From sequence record MZ475893.1: a stretch of 64,000 nt of DNA; one strand, given 5' to 3'. The stretch's first letter is position 1; each line of letters opens with the position of its first letter. The notes below the pieces were generated by a model. It saw only the letters and a list, made by a program, of their open reading frames with translations. It did no database searches and was not told the origin of the DNA. Shown one piece after another: positions 37,472-47,287 of this stretch. Both the position numbers and the translations under genes were made by a program.

Positions 37472-37489
37472 TTGGCCTTGCGGGGCCAA
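37472..37489 (+). terminator. TGCG-loop hairpin without U-tract
   Basis: TTGGCCT-TGCG-GGGCCAA. Confidence 0.45.
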
Positions 37490-37502
37490 TTAGGAGAACA
37501 TC

Positions 37503-38891
37503 ATGATTTTCGATCTGCGCAAAAGTTTGGCCATGGTTCGTACCGTAATCGATGACCAAGTAATCTATAACTTCTACAACATGATTGGCCGCGATATGCA
37601 ACTGCCCGGTACTACTCTCAAAGAGATTATCGACGTGCAGCGTAAGGGCGAACTGTGCACCAACATCATGTGGGGTACTCAGAAGATGGAGTATCGTACA
37701 CTCAGATTCGATGAGCGTGGTGATCTTCTCTTAGACGTGACCGTTGGTCCGCATTGCTACGCACGGCTCTCTTACGATCAGATTGAACACTATGGGCGCA
37801 AAGAGTTTAAGGCTATTAACTGCATCGAGATCGATAGCTACCTCGCCCGTGACATTAGAGCGCATCTTCGCGCAGTGGGCCAAACTGAGCCTAAGCTCGA
37901 ATGGTATGACAACGTGTCGGATGATGAACTGAAGGACGCTCTACTTTCAGTTGGTCACATGGGACCTCTGGCTTATGAAGGTAAATCTCGTAACCAGTTA
38001 GAGGACATGTTTGAGAAATTCCAGCGTAAGCACGATGCAGAATACAAGTACACGCACGCGTATATTGGCCTAGACCCAGACGAAAAGCTGCCTGCTGATT
38101 TGTATGAAGATGAGGCACGCTCAATCACTCGTCGTTCTTTTGCTCCTCAGAAGACTGTCGATATGATGATCACTGAGATCTCAAACGTGATGCGCATGTT
38201 CGATATCTGGGACTCAGCGCCAACCTCTGAGACGCATGAGTGGTCAATGCAGGAAGCATACATGGCCTTCTATAACAGCTTAGTGATTGATAGCGATGGC
38301 AGCCGTCTGCGTGAACTGAAAGATAATCCACAGTTCGCTATCAACTTCATCTACGGCATGGCGGCTGACCTGAACTGGATTCACATCAACGAAATGACCG
38401 AAGACTATCGTGGCTCGGTTGTGAATCGCATCCTGCAGGAGATTGCTGTTGAGATCAGCACCTCTGATGATTACTGCACGACGGAGCACGGCATCGCTCT
38501 TATTAAGAAAGAAGAAGAGACAGAAGAAGAGGAGGATGCTTCTGAGCCAGTCTCCATCGAAAAGAAAAAGAAGAAAGGCTTCCCGGATATTCGTTCAGTA
38601 GAAGAGGTGAACTATGACGCACTGCATATCATCGAGATTACATACAAACTGCCCAAGCAGCCTAAGCTGCGCACTAAGCTAGACGTACTGCAATCTCGTG
38701 AGTGCTATCTTGAGCACTTCTTCGGTTGTTTGAAAGAAAATGATTGGCATAGATTAGGCAATATCACTAATCTTGATCTGCGCCGTATTGTTGGTGCTGT
38801 TACTAAATCTAATGGTGGTAGATTCAGCCACAACGCCCTGTTAAACATAATTAAACGTGCAGCTAAGAAACTGGCTGCCACTGAGTTCTAA
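37503..38891 (+). CDS. hypothetical protein (462 aa) with HeH-like segment
   Basis: AGGAG RBS; YDNVSDDELKDALLSVG...KSRNQLEDMF. Confidence 0.85.
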   Translation: MIFDLRKSLAMVRTVIDDQVIYNFYNMIGRDMQLPGTTLKEIIDVQRKGELCTNIMWGTQKMEYRTLRFDERGDLLLDVTVGPHCYARLSYDQIEHYGRKEFKAINCIEIDSYLARDIRAHLRAVGQTEPKLEWYDNVSDDELKDALLSVGHMGPLAYEGKSRNQLEDMFEKFQRKHDAEYKYTHAYIGLDPDEKLPADLYEDEARSITRRSFAPQKTVDMMITEISNVMRMFDIWDSAPTSETHEWSMQEAYMAFYNSLVIDSDGSRLRELKDNPQFAINFIYGMAADLNWIHINEMTEDYRGSVVNRILQEIAVEISTSDDYCTTEHGIALIKKEEETEEEEDASEPVSIEKKKKKGFPDIRSVEEVNYDALHIIEITYKLPKQPKLRTKLDVLQSRECYLEHFFGCLKENDWHRLGNITNLDLRRIVGAVTKSNGGRFSHNALLNIIKRAAKKLAATEF

Positions 38892-38924
38892 CCGCTATTA
38901 TACCTAACATTGTAGGGAACCAAA

Positions 38925-39347
38925 ATGAATTTCAATCCAAACATCATTGTTGTTGATCGTGTTGTCGTCATTGCCACAAAAGAGACCACAGACAAGTGGG
39001 CTGTTGCTGCAAAGCAAGATCGTGACAACGCACAGTTCGGTATGGCTTTATTGCACGCGGAGCTTCAACGTAAAATCAGTAGCACGCTGCGCAACGCCAA
39101 CCCTGAATCGATGTTCCGTCCTGAGATATTCTGGGCAGACTACGGCCCGCTCACCGTTAGCGGCTTCATGTATATTGAGAGCAGCGCGGACGAAGAAGTT
39201 TTGAATCAGGCAGATGACCGTGATTACCTGTGTCATCTCGAAGCGATCAAAAACATCGCCGCATCTATGGGGCACACTGTTGTTATCCAGCGTGTGAAAG
39301 CCCAGTTCCCTATTGTTGATACTCGCGTACCTGTTGCTTATGCCTAA
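38925..39347 (+). CDS. hypothetical protein
   Basis: AGGGA RBS. Confidence 0.75.
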   Translation: MNFNPNIIVVDRVVVIATKETTDKWAVAAKQDRDNAQFGMALLHAELQRKISSTLRNANPESMFRPEIFWADYGPLTVSGFMYIESSADEEVLNQADDRDYLCHLEAIKNIAASMGHTVVIQRVKAQFPIVDTRVPVAYA

Positions 39348-39357
39348 GAGGTGACCT

Positions 39358-39654
39358 ATGTCTGAACAAACTCAATTGCCTGGCCAAGTCGTTATCGTTT
39401 GTGTTATGCAGGAATCTGATTCTTTCATGGGCCAAAAGTTTGATGGCTATGTGTACTTGCTCAATCCAGAACACAAAGAGATGTTTGAGCGTCACCTGCA
39501 GGCGCACAAAAGCCGTGAGAACTACTCACGCATTATCAGCCACGCTAATCACTATATAACTAGCACGGGCTTCGATGCGCTTCATGCTGCTATACGCAAA
39601 GACGCAAACAGACCCTGGCTGTGGTCAGATACTGATTACACGATAACTGCATAA
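39358..39654 (+). CDS. hypothetical protein
   Basis: GAGGTG RBS. Confidence 0.75.
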   Translation: MSEQTQLPGQVVIVCVMQESDSFMGQKFDGYVYLLNPEHKEMFERHLQAHKSRENYSRIISHANHYITSTGFDALHAAIRKDANRPWLWSDTDYTITA

Positions 39655-39701
39655 ATCTGGACAAAATAGAGGTAGCTAGAAAAAGCTGCCCCTGATATAC
39701 T
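39649..39701 (+). promoter_or_regulatory. box promoter P8
   Basis: GCATAAATCTGGACAAAAT-28 nt-TATACT with TG extension. Confidence 0.8.
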
Positions 39702-39729
39702 AAAAGCGTAGCTTGTGCTGCGCTTTTTT
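39702..39729 (+). terminator. intrinsic terminator overlapping P8 start site
   Basis: AAAAGCGTAGC-TTGT-GCTGCGCTTTTTT. Confidence 0.7.
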
Positions 39730-39754
39730 ACTTTCTGTCTGAGGAGACAACTAA

Positions 39755-40210
39755 ATGAAACCAATCAAAGCAACTGAGGCTGATAAAGCGCTTCAAAACG
39801 AATGTATGGACGCTGTTGCTCAGTGTATCATCCTGAACACACCCGACTGGCGAGATGTAGCGATTGCAGGTTTGCGCCTGTATCTGGTTGCATCTAGTAT
39901 GAGCGGCGCGGAACTTCCGTGTATGCAATTCGAACATAACGGCAAGCCGTGCCGTTTATCGTTTAAGATGAACCTTGTTGATGAAGGCGAAGAGTTCACT
40001 CCGAATGAAGTGAACCAAGCTCACCAACAAGAAATGGTCGAATGCATTCTTGCTAAGACCGAAGCGCTTGGTGGTTACAGTTACTTTGATTTGTTCGTTT
40101 GCTCAGGCCGCCTGTTTATGATTGGCTTCGACGGTATGGCCGACACCGTTCCTGCTCTGATGTTCCGCTCAGACAAAAAGAACTACCGTGTTAACTTGAT
40201 CAACGGATAA
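39755..40210 (+). CDS. hypothetical protein
   Basis: SD hairpin TGTCT-GAGG-AGACA. Confidence 0.8.
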   Translation: MKPIKATEADKALQNECMDAVAQCIILNTPDWRDVAIAGLRLYLVASSMSGAELPCMQFEHNGKPCRLSFKMNLVDEGEEFTPNEVNQAHQQEMVECILAKTEALGGYSYFDLFVCSGRLFMIGFDGMADTVPALMFRSDKKNYRVNLING

Positions 40211-40213
40211 GCT

Positions 40214-40396
40214 GTGAAGACCACCAACGACCTGATTAAAGAATTAAAGCAACATCGTGTTATCATCATTGAAGAACACGACAAGCATATTCTGCCTGAC
40301 CTGACATTCGCCCTGAGTTGCTTGTGCATCGATCATACTAAACGTGTGGTCGAAACAAAGCGTAGTGCTCAGGCAACCAAAATCAAACTCGCATGA
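40214..40396 (+). CDS. hypothetical protein (60 aa)
   Basis: GTG start 3 nt after upstream stop. Confidence 0.6.
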   Translation: MKTTNDLIKELKQHRVIIIEEHDKHILPDLTFALSCLCIDHTKRVVETKRSAQATKIKLA

Positions 40397-40406
40397 GGAA
40401 ATGATT

Positions 40407-40853
40407 ATGACCTTCAATGAAGTCCCAACGAAAGCTCAACTCAGTCTTCTGGCTATGGCTGTTATGGCGTGCGCCGAGATTATGTGTCGCGGCCAAGAGA
40501 CTGCCGCACAAAAACAAGCTGTCGACCTGCTGTGTGCTCGATTCGGTTTGACTCTGGAAGATCTCACCCAGTTGACTAAGCTGCCTCCTGAAATCGATCA
40601 GTATGTGCAGAAAGTTATGGACGAAGGCGCTAAGCGACCTATATCTGACTTTGAGGCCAAAGCAGAGCCTGCGCCTGAATATAGTCAAGACGACCTCGAT
40701 TTGATTCGCGTAGAATATGAGCCAATCGATACGTCTGTCCTGCGTCAAGGGGCTGTGAATGATGGTGTTATCACAGTGCAGCAAGCAGCCACTTTCGAGC
40801 GTGATCAGATACTGACTGCTATTCTTGAGTACCGTCTGCGCTCAGAAGCATAA
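40407..40853 (+). CDS. hypothetical protein
   Basis: GAGGA RBS. Confidence 0.75.
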   Translation: MTFNEVPTKAQLSLLAMAVMACAEIMCRGQETAAQKQAVDLLCARFGLTLEDLTQLTKLPPEIDQYVQKVMDEGAKRPISDFEAKAEPAPEYSQDDLDLIRVEYEPIDTSVLRQGAVNDGVITVQQAATFERDQILTAILEYRLRSEA

Positions 40854-40900
40854 ATCTGGACAAAATCGTGGTTGTAGCAAAAACCGTCCTATGTTATAAT
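40848..40900 (+). promoter_or_regulatory. box promoter P9
   Basis: GCATAAATCTGGACAAAAT-28 nt-TATAAT, TG extension, TTGTAG at -35. Confidence 0.8.
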
Positions 40901-40906
40901 AGAGAT

Positions 40907-40991
40907 GTAGCGTAGACGTGAGGTATGCGCTATAAATTGAATGACGCGTTTTTGCTTGACTGTAAGGTAGCGGTATCTTACAGTCCTTTTT
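40907..40991 (+). ncRNA. candidate small RNA or attenuator leader (~85 nt)
   Basis: Between P9 and hairpin GACTGTAAG-10-CTTACAGTC-CTTTTT; start inferred from -10 position. Confidence 0.35.
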
Positions 40992-41109
40992 CAAGTGGCT
41001 TCGAAGTTTGAGGCTTCTTGCGAAAGGTCAAATGTACCTTTGAGCGTTTTCGGATTTACGCGGTTTTCACCGACTGCGCTCTCACTTTAAACCGCAAAGG
41101 AAATACATC

Positions 41110-41931
41110 ATGCCAGAAGCACGCAAACCTCGCCCAGCTGATCGTTTCGCTAAAGCCCGTGCAGAGAAAAACTCACCGGAGCGTCAAGATGCGGCGGCCC
41201 AGCGCACGTATAAAGACACTCCGCCTAAATCTGTTCAGGTGAAACTGGATGCTGTGGCAGCTTCTAAGAAGAAAGTTTCTCGCGGTCCCAAGGCATCTCG
41301 TCCGCGTCAGTCGCCTGCTGTTGACGCATCGCCAAAGCCTCGCATTCGTGATGAGGAACGTGTGTACAATCTCGTACACATGATTCTCTCTGCGTGGAAA
41401 GCCGATGCAGAAAACGCGGCAGCAAGTGTGGGAATCGTTAAAGTGTCTCGGCGTAAGATTGAGGGTGCGTTACGCGATCTCAAGAATACGCGCTTTACTA
41501 AAATCCCAGGCTTAATCAATGACGTGCTTGTCTACAATGAACTGGTAGCTGAGTTCGGGCAGTGGGTGTACGTCGAGCACGACAGTCCTGATTGGATTTT
41601 TGTGCGCCTGCCTGAAAACAGCACGCCTGTGATTCGCGCTGACATTAGCTATGCCAAGACGGGTGAAACTTCCACGTCTGTTTCGACTTCTAGTGAAGTT
41701 CTGCTGAAAGATCTTAGCGAAGACGAAGAAGATGAGATCCCCGAGAATGTCGAGTACGACGATGCGGACGAGACTGACGAAGACGAAGAGGAGCCGTATG
41801 ACTACAGCGCTTGGTCTCTGCGTGACCTGCAGGATTATGCAAAGCGCTATGACTTCCTGCAGCCCGACACTGAGGGGTTCGATGATCGCGAGAAGTTGAT
41901 AGCAGCCATCGAGCTGGGGGAACAGCACTAA
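41110..41931 (+). CDS. basic N-terminus, acidic tract, C-terminal HeH-like motif
   Basis: AAGGA RBS; YSAWSLRDLQDYAKRYDFL...DREKLIAAI. Confidence 0.85.
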   Translation: MPEARKPRPADRFAKARAEKNSPERQDAAAQRTYKDTPPKSVQVKLDAVAASKKKVSRGPKASRPRQSPAVDASPKPRIRDEERVYNLVHMILSAWKADAENAAASVGIVKVSRRKIEGALRDLKNTRFTKIPGLINDVLVYNELVAEFGQWVYVEHDSPDWIFVRLPENSTPVIRADISYAKTGETSTSVSTSSEVLLKDLSEDEEDEIPENVEYDDADETDEDEEEPYDYSAWSLRDLQDYAKRYDFLQPDTEGFDDREKLIAAIELGEQH

Positions 41932-41985
41932 GCACAAATATGGACAAAATAGTGGTAGCATCTAAAGCATGACCTGTGCTACACT
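41932..41985 (+). promoter_or_regulatory. box promoter P10
   Basis: GCACAAATATGGACAAAAT-29 nt-TACACT with TG extension. Confidence 0.75.
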
Positions 41986-41991
41986 ATAGAT

Positions 41992-42046
41992 CGAATGCCT
42001 TGTAGTTTTTTGACTGTGAGTTACTTTCCGGCTCACAGTCCTTTTT
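41992..42046 (+). ncRNA. candidate small RNA (~55 nt)
   Basis: Between P10 and hairpin GACTGTGAG-11-CTCACAGTC-CTTTTT; no ORF before P11. Confidence 0.35.
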
Positions 42047-42104
42047 AAAGTGCTCTCCCAAGAACGCTTTAAAAAGCACAGACTGCCTGCGCTTTTGATA
42101 GACA

Positions 42105-42157
42105 GCATAAATCTGGACAAAATCATGGTTGTATCAGAATGCTGCCTGTCATACACT
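42105..42157 (+). promoter_or_regulatory. box promoter P11
   Basis: GCATAAATCTGGACAAAAT-28 nt-TACACT. Confidence 0.75.
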
Positions 42158-42218
42158 TTAATGAGTCGAGCAATAGTGCTCGCAACAAACTAAATCCCAA
42201 TACTGAGGAGTATTACAC

Positions 42219-43829
42219 ATGGCACGTTTCGAAACTAACACTAATCTGGTTGGCAAAACTATCGTCCTGCTGAACGGCACCAAAGCGAAGATTGAAGACG
42301 CTATCGTTTCTGGCTACAAAGTGAAAGGCCAGACCAAGCGCATCGCAACCCGTGACGTCATCAAAGAGGGTGCGCACTTTAAAGAAATCGAGCGCACGCC
42401 GCTGAGCCAGCTGGAAGATACTGGCGAAGGTTATGTGAAGTTGAAAGAAGCCAAAGCCGCTTCTAAGAAAGCGCCTGCGAAAGACGCGAAAGCTACTGGC
42501 AAAAAAGCTGCGGCAAAAGACAAGCCTGCTAAGACCAGCAAAAAAGCTGCCGCTAAAGATAAGCCAGCGAAAGAGCAAGAGCCGAAAGTTCGTCGTAAGT
42601 CTGCGAAAGAGCAGGGCAACGATTATCAGGAACTCGCGCAGGCTATCATCAAAGGCGGTCGCCGTGCAGCGCCAGTTGAAATTGACAGCGTGGACGAAGC
42701 GCTGACCGATGCAATCGCTAAGCGTCTGACCGCTGTTGTCGAATCGTCTGAGATTGCGAAACTCGCCGCTGATAACAAAACGCCGATCGCTAACGCACTG
42801 ACCGTAACTTACGGTGCTGAGTTTGCGACTGATGCAAACGTTGTGCAGATTACGCTGAACCTGCAATACGCTAAGCCGACTGCCGTTGAGTCTGCCGCTC
42901 CTACTCTGGAGAATGCCGAAGCAATCGCAATGCGTGCTGCTAAAATGGCCGCACCTAAAGTGAGCGCTAAACTCAAGAAGGCGGTGCGTGAAGCGTTCGA
43001 CATTGAAACAGACCTTGAGCTGGGTACTGTGATTATGTCAGGCGATGATCAATTCGCTTACTACGGCGAAAGCGCGAAGCACGCTGGCAAAGCGCTGCTG
43101 TACGTTGTCGAAACTGACAAGTTCAAATCTGTCCTGGCCTCTACTCTGACCGACTACGAACTGCCTGCTGATGAAGAAGCTGAGGCAGAAGAAGCTGAGG
43201 CAGAAGAAGAAGAGGAAGAAGAAGAAGAGGAAGAAGAAGAAGAAGCCGCTGATGACTTCGACGACGAAGAGGAAGAAGATGCGGACGATGCAGATGATGC
43301 CGACGATGCTGATGGCGACGACGACGAATTCCAGTACGTTGCTGTAGGCGATGAACACTTTGCTCTGGTCAACAAAAAGATCACAGCCAAGTATCACGAT
43401 GCACTGGCTGAGCAATTCGGCGTTAGCACCGAAGCGCTGGTCCCAGGCTTAGTGTTGACCAACGGCGAGATCACTTTCGCTTATCTGGGCAACGATAGCA
43501 AAGGCGGCCTGCTCGTTATCGACCTCGACGACGATGCGGACGAAGACGACAACGTTCTGGTCTACCCGAAAGCAGACGTCAAATCACTGACCGACTTCTC
43601 TCCTGTGCTGGGTGATGCAGATGAAGAAGACGCAGACGATGCAGAAGAGACCGACGAAGAAGACGAAGATCAGGACGACGACTTCGAATTTGACGATGCG
43701 CCAACTGCTGACCTCGAAGACCTGTCTGACGATGAACTGCGTGACCGCGCTGTTGAGATGGGCCTGACCACTGTACGCAAAGCTGACAAAATGAACGCCA
43801 AGCAACTGCGTGCGCTGCTGTCTGAATAA
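42219..43829 (+). CDS. Lys/Ala linker plus highly acidic protein with C-terminal HeH-like motif
   Basis: SD hairpin AATACT-GAGG-AGTATT; poly-Glu/Asp tracts; biased codon usage. Confidence 0.9.
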   Translation: MARFETNTNLVGKTIVLLNGTKAKIEDAIVSGYKVKGQTKRIATRDVIKEGAHFKEIERTPLSQLEDTGEGYVKLKEAKAASKKAPAKDAKATGKKAAAKDKPAKTSKKAAAKDKPAKEQEPKVRRKSAKEQGNDYQELAQAIIKGGRRAAPVEIDSVDEALTDAIAKRLTAVVESSEIAKLAADNKTPIANALTVTYGAEFATDANVVQITLNLQYAKPTAVESAAPTLENAEAIAMRAAKMAAPKVSAKLKKAVREAFDIETDLELGTVIMSGDDQFAYYGESAKHAGKALLYVVETDKFKSVLASTLTDYELPADEEAEAEEAEAEEEEEEEEEEEEEEAADDFDDEEEEDADDADDADDADGDDDEFQYVAVGDEHFALVNKKITAKYHDALAEQFGVSTEALVPGLVLTNGEITFAYLGNDSKGGLLVIDLDDDADEDDNVLVYPKADVKSLTDFSPVLGDADEEDADDAEETDEEDEDQDDDFEFDDAPTADLEDLSDDELRDRAVEMGLTTVRKADKMNAKQLRALLSE

Positions 43830-43850
43830 GTAACCTGTAGTTCTGAATAC

Positions 43851-43872
43851 ATGCGGCTCGAAAGGGCCGCAT
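43851..43872 (+). terminator. GAAA-loop hairpin without U-tract
   Basis: ATGCGGCTC-GAAA-GGGCCGCAT. Confidence 0.5.
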
Positions 43873-43904
43873 ACTGACAACAAAGTTGATTGAGGAATCA
43901 CATT

Positions 43905-45167
43905 ATGTCAAACGCAAATAAAATTCTGCTTAACGCTCGTGTACGTCTGTCCACTGGCACAACTACTTTCATCAACAAGATTAACGCGAACGGCTACGGC
44001 ATCGATGCTAAGGGCCCGCAGATTTCTGTGAAGCGTCTTGTTATCGCAGGCAAAATGCTCAAAGAGCTGGCTGAGCCGCTGCCGCAAGGTGAATACGTTG
44101 TGCTGAACGGCGTCACTGTGAAACTGAACAAGCGCCAGCAACGTGAGCTTGCAGAGAAAACGCTCGACACTAAAGCGCTGCTGCCTGATTTAAGCAAGCT
44201 GACCTACGTTGACCCGCAGACAGGCAAAGTCACTGACGCAAAAGTGAAGCAGCCGAAAGCTGGCGCGAAAGCAAGTCTGAAAGCAACGCGTGAGCACAAC
44301 AAAGAGCCGCAGCGTAGTCGCAAACAGCACAAAGCTGAAACGAACGATCTCAAAGACAGTCTGGACATTATCGACGAACGCAAATCACCGAAAGCGTCTC
44401 TGATTGAACGTCTGGATGCAGCAATCGCCGAAGCGAAAACGAAAGCACGCCGTAAGCTGTTAGCCGAAACGTTCGACATGGACTGGGCTGATATTAAAAA
44501 GCATGGCGGTGCGGGTATCGTTAAGCAGCACGGCCGCAAGAACGCCCAGAAGTTTATTGATCGTCAGACAGTGCAGGTCGATAGCACAACGTTCATCAAA
44601 CAAATGCCAGCGCCGCTCAAGCGTCTTATTCAGGACACTGAGTTGCGTCTCAATCAAAAGCAGATTGAGCAAGTGCTCGGTGCGCTGGGGCTTGATACGC
44701 AATTCTACGCAGTCGCCGTACAAGAGCTGCTGGGCAAACTCAAACTGTCCATAGGCGGTCGCGTGATCGAAGGCGAAGTTGTTCGAAAGGAGAACACGCC
44801 GAAGCCAAAAAGGTTCGTACACGCTGAGGCGATATATGCAGACAAGAAAGAAGCCAAGCGCCGCGTAAGCAAAATGAAATATGCGCTGCTGATTCCGCCT
44901 AAGAAAGGTCTGCCTGCGTTGCGTATGCATCAAATCGATGCAAAGCAGTCACTCGCCGTTCTGCTGCACCTGAAGCCTGGGAACATCAAGCGTGGTCTGC
45001 TCGCGTATGACAACAAAGGCCGTGAGTATATGTATGTCGCTTGCGATATGACGGGCCCTGTGTTCATCGATAAAGATAGCAACGAGCTGGCGTTCACGTA
45101 TGCCAATCTGATCGATAACTTCAAACTCAAAGCGCAGCCTGTGTCTGAACTGGACGTGGCCGTATGA
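43905..45167 (+). CDS. basic protein, apparent paralogue of 42219 gene
   Basis: SD hairpin TGATT-GAGG-AATCA; shared N- and C-terminal patterns. Confidence 0.85.
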   Translation: MSNANKILLNARVRLSTGTTTFINKINANGYGIDAKGPQISVKRLVIAGKMLKELAEPLPQGEYVVLNGVTVKLNKRQQRELAEKTLDTKALLPDLSKLTYVDPQTGKVTDAKVKQPKAGAKASLKATREHNKEPQRSRKQHKAETNDLKDSLDIIDERKSPKASLIERLDAAIAEAKTKARRKLLAETFDMDWADIKKHGGAGIVKQHGRKNAQKFIDRQTVQVDSTTFIKQMPAPLKRLIQDTELRLNQKQIEQVLGALGLDTQFYAVAVQELLGKLKLSIGGRVIEGEVVRKENTPKPKRFVHAEAIYADKKEAKRRVSKMKYALLIPPKKGLPALRMHQIDAKQSLAVLLHLKPGNIKRGLLAYDNKGREYMYVACDMTGPVFIDKDSNELAFTYANLIDNFKLKAQPVSELDVAV

Positions 45168-45550
45168 GAACTGAAATCATCGTAGCGGGAGTTCTCTCTC
45201 AACTTTACACGCGGCTGATTACGGCCGCTATAATGAAAGCGCATGTGTATTACTCAGACCTTGCGCCGGTGGTGTTCGGTGTGCAGCTTACCAAAGTCGG
45301 TAAGTCGCAGTATCAAGCGCTGTGGGATTTAGTAGCGCTGACGATGCAGATGGATCACGCACACGGCCGACCGCCTGTTGCTGCTCTGTATGTGTCTCGC
45401 GCTAATGCATCAAAACGACCGCCGCAAGCATTCTTCGCTGAATACGAGCGGCTAACTGGTAAGCGACTCAATGACGACGACTGGGAAGAGTTAGTCGATG
45501 AAGTATGGGCAGCTTACTCTCCACCAGAACTGTGTCAGGAGCCGACATGA
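45164..45550 (+). CDS. hypothetical protein, possible winged-helix fold
   Basis: YSDLA....GRPPVAALYVS...PQAFF pattern. Confidence 0.65.
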   Translation: MRTEIIVAGVLSQLYTRLITAAIMKAHVYYSDLAPVVFGVQLTKVGKSQYQALWDLVALTMQMDHAHGRPPVAALYVSRANASKRPPQAFFAEYERLTGKRLNDDDWEELVDEVWAAYSPPELCQEPT

Positions 45551-46005
45551 AGAAGTTGAAAGCCGTAAAGGTTAAAATTAGCCGCGGTGGTTATAAGCCT
45601 TCTTCTAAGGAAGAGGCAAAGAAGCTGGTGGCAGAGTTTCTGCTCGGTACCATCGGCATTAGCCCAACGCAAGTCAGTCAACAACTGCTGTTGAATATCA
45701 CGAACTACAACTATTTGACCTCTGTTGCGTATTCTGGACGTTCTACAGATTACAGCCAAGCGGCAGCGCACAAAACTGTAAAAGAACTAAATGAATTTTG
45801 TCGAAAGCATAAAATTCAACTGGGCTTGCTAATTATGCCCCACACGTCGGCGTCTGAATATGATGGTGACGTAATTGTTGCAATCCCGTGGGAGCATGTT
45901 AAGAACAATCCGCAAATCCAGTCTGCCGTTAATTCTCTGTTTGAATCGGTTGAAGCAGACGGCTACCCACAGTATGTGACTGATGCTAAAACAGTAGAGG
46001 GATAA
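45547..46005 (+). CDS. hypothetical protein
   Basis: AGGAG RBS. Confidence 0.75.
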   Translation: MKKLKAVKVKISRGGYKPSSKEEAKKLVAEFLLGTIGISPTQVSQQLLLNITNYNYLTSVAYSGRSTDYSQAAAHKTVKELNEFCRKHKIQLGLLIMPHTSASEYDGDVIVAIPWEHVKNNPQIQSAVNSLFESVEADGYPQYVTDAKTVEG

Positions 46006-46006
46006 G

Positions 46007-47287
46007 ATGTTCTACGACTATGTATTCAACTTCGACGAGCGCCAGACGCTACTGTCGTTAGCGGAATCCAAGTATCTTCTTAAACGGGACATTCCCGAGT
46101 ATCTTAAAAAGTCCAAACACGCAATTGAGATTCGTCACACTGTGACCAATCGTGGACGCGAGCGCCGCTCAGGAACAATAACAACTCCTATCGTGCCGCG
46201 TATTCACACCCGTGATGTTATGCGCTTGCTTGATGATATTCGTGACAACGCGACTTACAGCTCCTGCCAAAGTCTCGCTGAACTGTTTGAATTGGGCTTG
46301 GGCGTTCCGCGCCAGAAAGATATTGCTACTTACCTTCATGCTTATTCGCGTGAGCACGATAAGAAAGGTATCGGTATCAAGTATATCCGCAAGCTGGTGG
46401 TTGATTATCATCGTAAGCACCGTCGTAGTATGGCGGGCAGTCGCTGGTTAATGCCTGCTGCTTACACGGCCAATCTGCTGAACATGCAGAACTTCATTCA
46501 TCTGAAAGAAGACGGCTACAAGGGTAAAGTCAAAACGCCAGACGGCATCCCTGTAGTCTTGATTTACCAGAGCACTGAATACGCGACTGGCGAGTTTACT
46601 CTGTGTGACGCATTCATGATTAGTCCGATGGGATATCCAATGCCGTTCGCTCAGATTGCGCTGCGTCCCGAGTTCAAGGCTGTGCCTAAAACGTTTTGCT
46701 CCCAAGCTCTGCGCGGCAAAGGCATGTACTCAATGGTTCTCGGTATGATTTACTGGGAGAAAGGTGATTCAGTCGAATTGACACGCGAAGTCATGGAGAT
46801 TGATGACAACCAGTATCTCACGTTGCTCGATGATGAACGTTATGCTGACCGCCGCTCTGATGAATATTCAGCGATGCTGGTCAAGCGTGAAGAGTTCCGT
46901 CGCAATCGTGACAAGTGGCAGTCAGTGATTGATAAGTACGGCCAGACAGTTCGAACTCTCAAGCCTGAGATTAGCGCTCGTCTTGATCGTGCTCGTCAGT
47001 TCTTCTACGACCGCTCCGAGTTCCTGAAAGAGTTCGAGTCTCAGGAGAAGCGTGAGAACACCCGCGCATCAAAACGTTTTGCTGTAGCGTCTGCGATGTT
47101 TGCTGCGATTGACTGTGGGACAATTGCTGATCGTCAGACCTACCTTGCAGTGAGCACAAAGATTGATAAAGTGCATGACATTCTCGGTAAGTGGGGATTC
47201 AACACTGTAAAATCTGTTAATGCTAGTTTGAAGAAGTCTCTTTTAACCTATGACGAATCAGGCGTATCTCGCGTCTGGTCACTATAA
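46007..47287 (+). CDS. hypothetical protein with one Sel1-like repeat
   Basis: LAELFELGLGVPRQKDIATYLH. Confidence 0.75.
   Translation: MFYDYVFNFDERQTLLSLAESKYLLKRDIPEYLKKSKHAIEIRHTVTNRGRERRSGTITTPIVPRIHTRDVMRLLDDIRDNATYSSCQSLAELFELGLGVPRQKDIATYLHAYSREHDKKGIGIKYIRKLVVDYHRKHRRSMAGSRWLMPAAYTANLLNMQNFIHLKEDGYKGKVKTPDGIPVVLIYQSTEYATGEFTLCDAFMISPMGYPMPFAQIALRPEFKAVPKTFCSQALRGKGMYSMVLGMIYWEKGDSVELTREVMEIDDNQYLTLLDDERYADRRSDEYSAMLVKREEFRRNRDKWQSVIDKYGQTVRTLKPEISARLDRARQFFYDRSEFLKEFESQEKRENTRASKRFAVASAMFAAIDCGTIADRQTYLAVSTKIDKVHDILGKWGFNTVKSVNASLKKSLLTYDESGVSRVWSL

Noticed and set aside
40853-42218. tRNA genes in the structured intergenic regions (also 59410-59764)
   Set aside because: No cloverleaf with T-loop GTTCRA and matching D-arm found by eye; tRNAscan-SE would settle it
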